Part shown: positions 1 to 11,655 of the stretch, piece by piece
How positions within the stretch are numbered: position 1 is the stretch's first letter
Layout of the letters: each line of letters starts with the position of its first letter
NCBI RefSeq assembly: GCF_000143415.4
Contig: NW_003314434.1
Coordinates: 1 to 64,000 of the forward strand
Direction: 5' to 3'
DNA length: 64,000 bases
Origin: Selaginella moellendorffii
Taxonomy: Eukaryota > Plantae > Lycopodiophyta
Notes under the pieces: model-generated
Database searches by the model: none
Told to the model about the DNA's origin: nothing
What the model saw: the letters and a program-made list of their open reading frames with translations, nothing else
Translations under genes and position numbers: made by a program

Positions 1-24
1 CTGAGGTCGATCTAGAGGATCCCC
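1..24 (+). other. Cloning-vector polylinker remnant (pUC18-type PstI-SalI-XbaI-BamHI-half SmaI)
   Basis: ctgaggtcgatctagaggatcccc equals CTGCAGGTCGACTCTAGAGGATCCCC with two single-base losses. Homology to the duplicate copy (19706 onward) starts at position 25. Confidence 0.85.
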
Positions 25-140
25 CTCCACAAATGCTTGACAGTCGTGTATCACGCATTGGGTGTCATGAGGCGCACAAGATCATTTGCATACTGGGATG
101 TGATCCAGCCATACAAATCCAATAGTGATCCACATTCTCG
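25..140 (-). pseudogene. Degenerate fragment of the last exon of the PDR/ABCG gene
   Basis: Colinear similarity to 36238..36380 (ctccacaaa..ttgac.gtcgtg..tgggatg.gatc..gccatac..atccaatagt). Confidence 0.8.
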
Positions 141-1613
141 GAAAGTCCAAGAAAAAGCAAAAAGCTGTTTATATCCAACTTAGGTTTGGTGGTCAACACT
201 AAACCAAAAACAATGAAGATGAATAGGACGATGTTATTGTCCCTGCCCTACAAGTATTTTTACGTGTTTTTGTTTGCAGCAGAGGAACTGCGGTACTGAA
301 TATCCACATTCTGGTATTGAAATTAAGCTGGTCACTTGAGTGATTAGTTTTTAGCTGATCAAAACGGTTTTAATGTACAATGTTTAAATTGTGATTTTCA
401 TTTGTGAATACTTTAGTGTTCTTAATTTGGATTTTCTTTACATTTCGCTTTATAGGTATAAAGAATATACCTAAATATCTAAGTATATTCTAGAATATTC
501 TCTAATCTAGCAACTTTAAAGTTTTCATATAAAAAACTATGAAGTTCTTTATTTTGCCTCATATCTAGAACTGGAAGAGTATCAAGTAAAATTTGAAAAA
601 CTATATAAAACTGAGAAACTCTATATTATCCTATAAATTACAAGGATTAACACTGACAAAGAGTCTAAAATTAACATCATTAATCTAGAGGGCACAAAAT
701 CCAACTTCTGGACGTGTTTTAAGATTGATGTCATGATGGTTAAACACTAAACAACTTAAAAGAGTTAAAGTTTGTTCTAGCTATTTGAAAACTTGCCTCA
801 ATCTAACCAAGCACCTAGCTTCATTATTTGTTATTCTTTGCATTCAAGTATGCAAAGAAATCAGTGGAATTTAACGATTGGTTCCTCAAGGTATGAAAAA
901 AACAAGAAACCTGGATCAATTCATATATATATATTTCTCTCTCTCTCCATTTGACTCTTCCTTTCTATAATTTTGCAGACTCGTCAAAAAAGGGGCTTTG
1001 AGGGGGCAAAAAGAAACTCATTCACCCTGTACCAACAGAACTTGCAGGGGTGAGCTTTTGAGTGTTCTGAAGCTACTCTCTTGTTTTGACTTCCAGGTTC
1101 CTTGGATTCAATTCAGAAAGGCCTGTAGGAAAACGTTTCCCTGTAAAAAGGTCAACAGGTCAAAGGTGCGAATATTCTCTCTACAAAAATCAACAATCCC
1201 GCCATTTTCTTCATCGCATCTCCTGAGAATTGGGATAGCTCTCCAGCTTCCACCCGATCTCTGCCCACTTGAGGTGAGATGCATGGACCCTACAAGAAGC
1301 CAGCCGTGGACACCACGCTGTTGCATCTCCCGTCAATGTGCTGTTTACCAATCGTGTTTCTTGAACCGAACCTGACTACAAGAATGTCGGAAGCCCTTGA
1401 GTTGTTCAGCAACCTTGATCGAGAACAACTCGGCCTGGCAGAAATGCAATGAACTGGCAACGAATTCATATTTCTGAATCGAAATCAGCATGCTGAAAAA
1501 GACCAAGACTACAAAGATGACAAAAAGGAGCAAGTAAATCTAAACAACTACAACGATCAGCTGCAAACAGACATGTTAGAAGCCAAGCAGAGAATCAGAG
1601 TAATGAAAGAAAC

Positions 1614-2829
1614 TCACCAAACAGATTGCCAGGCAGGATCGCAGAGGATGTCGCGCGCGGATGGACGCTGGTCGCGTCTTGCTGCGACCAGCTCCAACAC
1701 CTTGGGCGCAATTGATGGGTGTTGGTACGCCCAGTCTGCTGGTAAAACGCCATCCCGGACGTCAATCAATACCGACTCCCTTTCCTACACAGATTCACCG
1801 AACTAAGCAAGCACGTTGCACAAACTGCAGCCAAACCTGGTCCGGGGGACACCTCCAATGAAGTTCGAAGAGTATAACTCCAAGCGCAAGCATGTCAGTG
1901 TAGGTTGAGTTGCTCCGGCGCTGGGGAGAGTAGTAAACTGCTCTCCCCTTCTTGATATTTTCGGTCTCGAGCATGGACTCCTTATTTTTAGCTGTAAGCC
2001 AACAAATGAGAGATGGAAGAGATGTTTCATTTGCCTACCAAGACCGAAATCTCCCAGCTTGATGCGTCCATCGTCTGTGACGAAGATGTTGTGTGGTGCT
2101 ATATCCCGATGAACACCCACGTTGTCGTGCACATGCGCCACAGCTTGAAGAAGCTGCCTAAACGCATCTGCAGGTGGTGACTCACCGCCGAGGAGCACCG
2201 ACTGGAGCGAGCGGCCACAAAACTCCATGACAATGTACACTTTCGACTTGCCCGGCTCGCCTTCCTCCTTCCACATGTCGAAGTATTTGACTATGTTGGG
2301 GTGTTCGCAGCGCTGGAGCATCTCTCCCTCCTTGAAGACGAGCGCGACATCCTGGTCTCTGGACTTCGTTGCTGTGCGAACCTTGATGACTTTGATGGCG
2401 TAGATTTGTTCGTCCTCCTTGCTACGGCACTTGTATACTTTCCCGGACGCCCCCTGGCCAACACAAGCGAGCACTTCGTAGCTGCTGCAGAAGCGGCCTG
2501 GACAAGAGAGACAAGGGGCCACTCAGAAGCGAAAAGATGCCAAAGAGACAAATTATTGTATCCACCTGCTGCTGCAACTGGAGTCTCCCCTCCCTTTTGG
2601 ATCGATTCCACGATCCCGGTCACAACATTCGCCGAGAGCATCTTGAATCTCTCCAAGCGTTGCGCCATTGCGAGGAATTGCCGAACATATTCTGCAAGTC
2701 ATGAATCAAACCAGCAAAGAGTCGTGTCAGCCAACAAAAGGAATTCCTCGTACCAGCGTCAGGAGCAGCCTGCAACGCGGATGCATCATGATCAGTTTCT
2801 CCTGCTCCTGCTTCAACGAGGATCTTCAT
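1614..2829 (-). CDS. eIF2alpha-kinase (GCN2)-like protein kinase, kinase domain only, about 328 aa, 5 exons (2829-2754, 2691-2566, 2497-2039, 1991-1837, 1784-1614)
   Basis: Four phase-compatible GT-AG introns (62, 68, 47, 52 nt) give one open frame. Motifs: GRFCSSYEV, GQGASG, YAIK, KE..ML..CEHPNIVKY, YIVMEFC, HRDIAPHNIF, DFGLA, YYSPQ, DMLALGVILFEL, ERESVLIDVRDGVLPADW, RPSARDIL. The start codon is the least certain part. Confidence 0.8.
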
Positions 2830-3397
2830 CAGACAAGTGCAGATGTTTCAAGTTTTGACCAACCTGATCGAGCTCGGTTAATCGGATCCAGTGGGCGGGT
2901 CCTTTCGAGCATGACGTCGGATCGCTTCTGAGTGTGTAGTTTCTTCGGACCAGCAGCTCTCTTCCTCTCCATGGTGGACTCTGGTCAGTGTTAACATTGT
3001 GAGTCGTTGCTGAAAGCACAAAAGAGATTGAGGAGTCGTTACTGCACTTATCCAACGGCTGGAGCCTAGAATGCGCACATCAGCTGTCCGTCAATGGATT
3101 CACAACAAACTTGCTACAATTGCATGTTCACCTCCTTCCGCCTCGCCAACAGTAGGCCGCAAACCAGCAGCGCACTCACCTCTGCCCTTGCCAGACGATC
3201 ACGGCAGCCCTAGATTTGGAATCTAAGCTGCATTGAGGATCGACGCGCTCCTCCGGCTCCCTTGGGCTTTGCCAATAGTAGGGTACAAGAATACAAAAGG
3301 CCACGTCGGATAGAGTTTAGGGCAGACGTGGCACCTTTGGTCACCTTTTGTGGCCCTTCTTCATTTCCACGGAATACAAGTCATTTTTTAGGGTATC

Positions 3398-3985
3398 ATG
3401 AAGAAGACACTCATTCTCGATCTAGACAATACACTGGTATACGCTCATAAGGATCTCGTCTCTTCTGTAGATTTCAGCATGGAATTCGACGATGATGCAC
3501 CACTCCACATCATGAAGAGACCAGGCGTAGATGAATTTCTGGGGAAGGTTTCAAAAGTGTACAATATCGTGGTGTTTAGTGCCGCCCAGGAGAAGTATGT
3601 CAACCTTGTGGTTGACCATCTGGATCCTACTGGGGGGCTTGTGTCGAGGAGGCTACATGGTGGCAATTGCGTTGTTCTAAAGGACGGGACGAAAGTCAAG
3701 AATCTTGACCATGTAGGGTTTCGGGATTTCAAGCGGGTGGTGGCACTGGATGACATTATTGACTTCTACCAAGGTCATCAAGAGAGCGTGGTGGTGGCTC
3801 CAAAGTTTGAGGGGTCAAAGGATGACCACTTCTTGGCAGATGTAACCCCGTTCCTTCTTGCGCTGTCAAAGTGTGTGGATTTTACCAAAGTTACCCATCG
3901 CTGGAATATTGGACAATGTGTGGAGAAGCAAGGCAAATTGTACGTCCTAGATCCATTAGATGATGAATGGGTTGTTTTTAACTGA
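3398..3985 (+). CDS. Intronless SCP/CTD-small-phosphatase-like HAD phosphatase (FCP1/NIF domain), 195 aa
   Basis: LILDLDNTLV (DxDxT), KRPGVDEFL, VVFSA, YVNLVVDHLDP, VKNL, VVALDD; uninterrupted ORF. Confidence 0.85.
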   Translation: MKKTLILDLDNTLVYAHKDLVSSVDFSMEFDDDAPLHIMKRPGVDEFLGKVSKVYNIVVFSAAQEKYVNLVVDHLDPTGGLVSRRLHGGNCVVLKDGTKVKNLDHVGFRDFKRVVALDDIIDFYQGHQESVVVAPKFEGSKDDHFLADVTPFLLALSKCVDFTKVTHRWNIGQCVEKQGKLYVLDPLDDEWVVFN

Positions 3986-4395
3986 TTATTGTATTTTGTA
4001 ATAAATGTTATAATTTTTCTGCCAAAGTGTAGTTTATGCAAATGAATCTTAGTGAACTTTTGAGCTCAGGATTTCCTACATGTCTCATGTAAAACAAAAT
4101 GGCAAAACAAGAAAAACAGCACACCAAATTTTCAAGCTCTTTTGCCAAGGAAATCCCCTTTACATTGAGAGCCCACAGCTTTGCAACACCCCATGAACAC
4201 CAATAGGAGCACGTGCCCACCTCAAACAACAAGCGAGACTTCAAAAAGGACATCACTGATCCAACATTTGATGCCGGAGGATAAGATGCTTAGAAGACTG
4301 ATTGCTTCTGAGTTCTTTTATGTCTGTTGTTTAGTGCCTATGTGAAGCTATTGACAAAAATGTGATGATCCATATGAAGCTCTTCACAGGATCAT

Positions 4396-4398
<3 letters not shown>

Positions 4399-4470
<72 letters not shown>
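4399..4470. repeat. (GA)n microsatellite, about 36 units
   Basis: Read directly from the sequence. Confidence 0.98.
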
Positions 4471-4474
<4 letters not shown>

Positions 4475-4481
4475 CTTTGCC

Positions 4482-5425
4482 ATGACATCCAGCGAAGTAG
4501 CAAGAGGAGTGATCGCGGTGCCTCCTGCAGGCATCTCCACGCCAAATCGCGACTCTTCTGCGCCAATGTGGTGATTCCAAGTCCCTCCCGCGAGGGAAGC
4601 TCTTGCACCGCCGCCTGGCCGCCACCCTCGACTTACGCCACCACCCCTTGTTCAGCAATCTCCTCATCCTCATGTATGGCAAGTGCTCCAGCCTCCCGGA
4701 CGCATGGTCCGTCTTCCACGATCTCGTCCACAAGAACGCCTTCTCCTGTAACATCATGATCTCGACGCTCTGCGCAAACGGCCAGAGCGCGCAAGCGATT
4801 CATCTCTTCCTCGCCCTCGCCAGCGATTCAGTCGTCCGCCCCACCCACGTCTCGTTCGTCGCCGCGCTCGCCGCCTGCGCCAATTGCCCCGATCTCCAGT
4901 CGGGCATCCGGATCCACGCCCAGATCATCGCCGCGCCACCCGCGATCGCGAGCAATCCAGTCGTGTGCTGCGCCCTCTTAACCATGTATGGGAAATGCGG
5001 CAGCCTGGCAGACGCGCGGAAGGTCTTTGATGACATGCCGCGCAAGACGATAGTCGCCTGGAGCGCGATGCTGGCTGCTTGCACCAGAAATCCCGATCAG
5101 GGCGGGCTCCCCGCTGCGATCGAGCTCTATCGCCAGCTCCGGGATGCCGGCATCGGCGCGGACTGGAACACTGCGATTGCCGCAAATGCCCATAATGGGC
5201 AGTTTAGAGCGGCGATTGCGCTGCTGTGGAAGTTGGATCTGGAAGGGATTGGGCCTGATATGGTGACGCTGACTGAGATCCTGGCAGCGTGTTCTTGGAA
5301 GCAGGATAAAGCACAGGGTATAAAGATCCACGGAGCGTACTTGCTCGTGTGGCTGGGAGCGTAATGTTGTCGCTGGAACCTCTATCGTCAACATGTATGG
5401 AAAGTGTGGCAGAATCAAGGAAGCA
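4482..5425 (+). pseudogene. PLS-type PPR pseudogene (chimeric, frameshifted, truncated)
   Basis: LLILMYGKCSSLPDA and ALLTMYGKCGSLADARKVFD motifs; frameshifts near 4550 and 5335. Segment 5161..5420 is an inverted homolog of about 31650..31910. Confidence 0.85.
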
Positions 5426-5763
5426 TCAAGGAAGGAAGCAAGGATCTAAAATTATTTTTTGTTTATCATGGCCTTTATAAAAAAAATTAAAATATTTTCT
5501 TTTCATAATTTATATCCCTTTATTTATATGTTGTTACATTTTATGCCAAGTTTCATATCATCAAACAGATAATGGCTGAAGAACTAGTTTATAACTTGCA
5601 CATAAAGATAGAAAATTATTTACTGGACAATAATATTTATATTCAAAAGTTAATTCAAATTTGTAAAACAACTAACCAGAATTATCTTGATTCTCTATTT
5701 ATTTAAAAACTTCCAAATTCTTTTTGTTTATATCTTGGCTTACTATTAATTGAAATATAGAAA

Positions 5764-8700
5764 TGTGAGGTCAAGTGTATAACTACAATAATGTATACTA
5801 ATATTAGCATAGTGGGATTTTGGTAGCCATCAGATTAGTTTCAATATAAACTAAAGTTTTTGGGATAATTGATATGCATATTTTATGTATTCTCTTTCTA
5901 TATTCCATACACTCATATTATTTTATATTCCATGTAATTTCAATTTGAACCACTTGCTTTTGTATATAAACTAGAGTTTTTGGGATAATTGATATACACA
6001 TTTTATGTATTCCCTATCCATATTCCATGCACTCACATTATTTTATATTCCATGCACTCACATTGGTGGAGGTGAGGGGCACGTTTGATTATTCTTGAAA
6101 AGTGCTTGGATTTGGGATTTTGGTTTAGATTTAACTTTTGCATTATCTAAATTTAGCTCTTTCCATTTCTTTCTTTTATTCTTTCCTTTTGGGATTTTGG
6201 TTTAGATCTAGCTTTTGCATTATCTATATCTCCCTTTCCTTCTAACTTTTTTTAATTTTATTTCTTTTGCTCTTTCTTTTTCATTCATCTTTATGGTAGA
6301 GTAGTAATCTCTTCCTCCTTTGACTTTGGAGCACAATTGTTTGATGCTATGTGATTGTAGTTGAATAATCAAACTCAGTTGATGGCAGTATTCATAACAC
6401 ATAGTACAACTCTTATTGCTCTTGGTGCCAATCCTCATGTTCAACTAAAGTTCTTTTATGGGAATCCTTAGGGACAATGTGTACTATTGGTTCAATCACT
6501 TCATAGTGATTGCCATATATCATTCTTGGGATGATACTCGATGTTTGTATGAGTTTCCCACGTGTTTTCAAGGGATGGCACTGTAGTGGTATAATGTTTT
6601 GAATGTAGCTATTTGTGGGGATTAGAGTATTCTTCGAAACGTCTTCAAACACACATTTGGATATGCTGACAATTGTGATGATACTTTCTAACAATTGCAT
6701 CGTCTTTGTTAAGGACCATCTAAGTTGGTGATGCAATTTAGCATTTGTTTTCGTAGCCTTTTGCTTCATGCGGAGCCAAATATGTTAGAGTGGATCAAAC
6801 TAGGAATGTTGTGGCCAACACTTCGTCAAAGTTTTGTAGGACTTGTGCATGCACTTGCTCGAACAACCTCTAACAATGCTTTTTGTTTGGCACAACATTA
6901 TGAGACATTGCCTTTTCCACTTCTCGCTACACATCTTTTAGCTCCACTTTCTGTGGGATATGGTTTTGTTTCAATGGAGGTTGATGTTACTGCTGCTTAG
7001 GTTTAAGGACAAGGGTGAGGATGTGGTCATAGTTGTGATATTCGCTACTGAGCATGTAATGAAGTTATTCACACTTATCAGTATTGTCAGCGTTTTCCGG
7101 ATTGGTAGCTTCCATTTCTTGGGTAGAGACCTTGGCATCAATAATGTCCTGTTTGTATTGTTGTAGTGAAAGGTCTAGACATCGAGATGCATCCAGGAAA
7201 TGAGGAGTCGTGCAAGTAATGGAGGGACCTTGCACGAATAAGTCAATGACCCCTCCATCTTTCTTTTGGAAGTATCATCAAAAGGTTCATTTGGCATTAG
7301 TTCATCCAGTGTTTACTTTCCAAGCTTATTTTTATAACAAAAGGTCTTTTATTATTCTCTTTGTATTGATTCATACATGTTCAAGTTTATCTTCTATTGC
7401 TCGACTTGTTGCCATATGTTACCACCTATATTTGTGTCATGCAGCAGAGTCAGTTTTCATTCTTTATGGCAACGGCCATACATATGCATATGCACGGGAT
7501 GAAATGAACTTAGTTGTGTATATAGGTGATCTTGAACTTGGATTGCAATCATTGCCAGTGGTGCCGAGTTAAGCTTTTGACCTCATCCTTGGTATGGGCG
7601 CAATCATGCTAAATGTGACTTTGAGGCTTCTTCCCCTTGTCTCATACTTCTTTATATTTTATCCATTCCTTTCACTTCGAAACATGTTTATCCCTTTGCT
7701 TCTACTTCTACTTTCATTACTTTTGTCTCCCCATTATTTCCTTTTATGTTTCCGTTTGTTTCTGCTTTTCCCTTTTTCAATCCCTTAGTTGACAAGCTCA
7801 TGAAGGAGTATGCCAATCTCTTTGAGTTTCACCTATTGTCTGGGGCCAAAATTGCTATATGTCATCTGATTCCAACCAGGGATACTCATCCCATCAAAGT
7901 TTCTGTTCATCATCAATCACCCAAAAAGATCAAGATTTTACATGCAAATGTCAAAGAGATGTTGGAAAAGGGTGTTATTCAAAAGTCATAGAGTCCTTGG
8001 GCATATGAACCTCATCTTGTGACGAAGCCTAATGCGAGTATTCATTTCTACATCGATTATCATTCGTTAAACAAAATGACGATTTTATATGTATATCCTC
8101 TTCCTCACCTGTTGATTTCTTAGATCATCTAAAAAGAAGTTGTTAGTTCACTAAGTTAGATCTTGCTTCTAGGTAATGGCAAATACTAATGGGTACTGGC
8201 AAATACTAATGGACGAAGAAGATATTCCTAAGAATACTTTTTATACACCATTTAGTTTGTATGAGGTTTTGGTGATTCTATTTGGTTTGAACAATGCTTT
8301 AGCATTTTTCCAACAAATGATGGATGGGGTTTTTTGTGATATGCTAAAGGTGATTAATTACTTCATTAGTGATGTTTTGATCCACTCGAAGGGGATGTGG
8401 GAGGAATATATGTTTGTAAAGTGTTAAATCAATTATGGGAAGTTAGTTCAAAGTTGAAGTGGTCGAAGTGTGTATTTGACTCTAATGACACGACTTATCT
8501 TGAGTACCGTATTTTTCGTGAGGGTTTGCAAGTTGATCCTGACAAGCTTGTGGGTGTTTTAATGTTCCCTATTCCAAAGTGTGTAAATGATATGTAGTGC
8601 TTCTTAGGTAAAGTGTAGTATCTCAGTTATTTTGGGGATCATCTTTTTTATCACATTGCATTTTTGCAAGTGCTGTCGAAGTCATCAACATCATCTTTCA

Positions 8701-10654
8701 TCTAGTCTGTGGATTGTGAGTAGACATTCATGGATTTCAAAAAGCTATTGACGACTCTTCTGGTTTTGGCGTATCCTAACTACACTCAACCTTTCATTTT
8801 GCACATAAATGCTTCTGATATTGGTCTTGGAGGTGTATTGATGCAAAAGAGCCTGAGTGTGTCTGGTTAGCGCCATCCCATTGCATATATAAGCCGTATA
8901 TTACAACTAACAGAAGAAAACTACTTCACGACAGAGAAAGAATATTTAGTAACAATCTGGGGTTTTGAAAAACTTCATCCATATCTACATGGTTCTTGGA
9001 CATTACTGGAAGGTGATTATGCTACCATTACTTCATTATTGAAATGAAAAAACTTGATTGGTCATATTGCTCGGTGGGCTTTGAAGCTTTAGATATATAA
9101 TTTTAATAATGTTCATCACCCAGGGAGTTCTATGGCTGATGCTAATGCCTTTTCTCGAGCTCCTCTTCCTTATTTGCCATTTTTTCATGTTTCTAACGAG
9201 TGTGTTGTTTTAGCATCTGTGGATTTTCTAGACAAGGATTCTGTGTTGTTAGCAGTTGTTGTATTTAATATTCAATGTCCACAAGGTGTAAAACAGAATT
9301 TACCTTCTCTTGATGAGGTTTGTGAAGCTCAAAAGATTGAGTCATGGATTTGGAGGCTTCGTAATGGGTTTAAAAATTTTACATCACTTGCTGATGACTT
9401 GCCATTCCAGCATTTATTTTTTTAATATTACTTTGGAAACAACCTTCTTTATTTTATGGGTACAAATCCTTATGATCATTTATAGTTGGTAGTGCCTTCA
9501 ATCTTTATTTCATGGTTCCTCCATGCCTACCATGATTCTCCTATTCTAGGCGGGCATATGGGACATCGTCATGTGACCAAAAAGCTATGTAAATCTTTTT
9601 ATTAGCAAGAGATGCAACGTGATTTTATTCAGTATGTGTATAGTTGTGTTTGGAGCTAAGCTCATAATACTACCCCTTGTGCTACAAAAGGATAGTTGGA
9701 GTCAATTGTAGTTTCCCATCCTTTTGAGTTGGTGGCATTTGATCTTATGGGACTTTTACCATGATTGACTGCTCGTAATGAGTATGTTATTATTACTTTT
9801 GACTACTTAACTTGTTGGGTGGAAGTTGGTGCTCTTCCTAGCGCCTCTGTAACTACTGTTGGATACTTCCTCCTCAATCAAGTGGTGTTCCAACCTTTTT
9901 TTCTGGAGCGAATTTTTTCGGATAATGGTCCCATATTTATCACTGAGGCATTTTATGTTTTGACGTCTTAGTTAGGGATACGCCATACGTTCACGAGTGC
10001 TTATCATCCACAGTCAGACGATTTGATAGAACAGCTCATTAGTATTTGATGGGAATTCTTCCACTTATCCAAGTAGAGTTTGCAAAAATCTAGGCCACAT
10101 ACAAGTGGGTCAACAATAGCACTACAACACCCATCATTATCCATCTACGGAGTATAAAGTGGATGAATTAGTGTTAGTTTTTTTTCCCCATCTTATGGTA
10201 TGTGGTTTATCTAAGGGGTTCTTTGTTCAGTAGAAAGGACCATATCATGTGTTGCAACAAGTTGGATCATAAGTTTATGAGGTTTAGCATGATGTCAAAC
10301 AAGTTAATCCTCCAGAAATTGTGCATGTATAGCGGTTGAAACGCTTTGTACAAAGGGATCAGGAACATCTGGTACCATTTATAGATCCACCAATTTCTCC
10401 TCCTAATTTTCTTCTAGATCCTTGCCCATCTACGAGGGAACTCTAATGGTCTTCCATTATTTCGAGAGAAGGGGATGATGTGAGGTCCAAGTGTATAGCT
10501 ATGATGCCATATATTAATATTGGTGTAGTTGGATTTTAGCAGCTGTCAGATTGGTTTCAATCTGGACCACTCGCTCCTATATATAAGTTAAGGTTTTTGG
10601 GCTAATTGATATGCATATTTTTTATATTCCCTTTTCATATTCCATGCACTCACA
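5764..10654 (+). mobile_element. Decayed full-length Ty3/gypsy LTR retrotransposon
   Basis: TG..CA LTRs at 5764-6062 (internally duplicated) and 10479-10654. PBS TGGTGGAGGTG (tRNA-Ala-like) at about 6064 and PPT gagagaaggggatga before 10479. Domains in order: gag SMEVD (about 6975), protease LIHTCSS (about 7365), RT YWQILMDEEDIPK..FGLNNA, RNase H ADANAFSR, integrase SDNGPIF and SAYHPQSD. Many stops; no matching TSD seen. Confidence 0.85.
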
Positions 10655-11384
10655 CACAAATAATTATTCCTTTAATTACAGACTTATTATTTTTCTCCTT
10701 TTTTATGATCATCTTTTAAAGTGCTATCTATAACACCTAAAATATATGTAAATAATAATATTATATAAAAAATTAAAAATAAATTACCTACTTTTTTCAT
10801 CATCTTCATCATCATATGAGATTATATCATTCAAGGTAGCATGTTTATCACCTTAAAATTATAAGTAATAACAATATATGTATAATTATTTATTATTAGC
10901 TATATATATATTAATCTTTCTCTCTAATAAGTTATTAATTATTTTTGTTTTATTTCTAATCTAGATGTAATATAATATAAATAAGGAAGTATACAGTAAC
11001 TTAAAAATTAATGTTGCTTACATCATTATTTATTATATAGTTAGCAATATATTAATAATATTAAATTATATTTCTCTAAATTATAAATAAATTATATGAA
11101 AATATGTCTCTGATATATTATTTTTTAATTATAGTTAATCACTTGGATCCCTTGGAAATGATGAACTTGAAAAGATTACACAATAGCTAGTGCAAAATTA
11201 GTGTTATAATCTTGTAGTAGAGTAACTAATAGAGCAACAATAGTATGCATAGCAGTTTTAGTTTACTTTAGAAAATATAGTGTAAAGCATATACCTAAAA
11301 TATTTAATATATAATAAAATATTCCTTATTCTAAGGGTTATAATTTCTTGCTGTTAAACTTTTCTATAATTCATTTTTATCAAG

Positions 11385-11655
11385 TGGAGCTAGTGGAGTA
11401 TTTATATCCTCGGGCTAGACCATTAATATGTTGAAACAATGCTTTAGCTTTGTTTTACATGTTTGTTTTAATGTATGGATATTAAAATTTTTAAGACTAT
11501 TTTAGTGTTCCTGTTTCATCACTCCTTAGTTGCATATTCAAGAGTTGTTCCATACTTTTATTTCTTTGTTCATTAGACATATGCTTAGGAGTTTGATTCT
11601 ATCATTTTGTTTAGTGGCCTAAGGCCCTAAAACTTAGGTGTTGCCCTTAGCACAC
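11385..11655 (+). repeat. Dispersed AT-rich repeat (probable solo LTR); related copies at about 12150..12503 (+) and 16340..16770 (-)
   Basis: Shared gtttagtggcc(t)aaggccctaaaacttaggtg...ttagcaca end and agctagtggagta motif; reverse complement at about 16365. Confidence 0.55.

Larger units (their letters stand above)
25..4139 (+). repeat. Segmental duplication unit, copy A (PDR tail, spacer, kinase, phosphatase)
   Basis: Near-identical to 19706..23806. The ORF track repeats at offset 19682 (998/20680, 1803/21485, 3398/23080). Confidence 0.95.

Noticed and set aside
998-1533. Short ORFs repeated in each duplication unit
   Set aside because: No recognisable domain, stops and the inversion vary among copies, and recurrence is explained by recent duplication.
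4331-4759. ORFs with (RE)n and (SL)n tracts
   Set aside because: They are translations of the GA microsatellite and of alternative frames of the PPR pseudogene.
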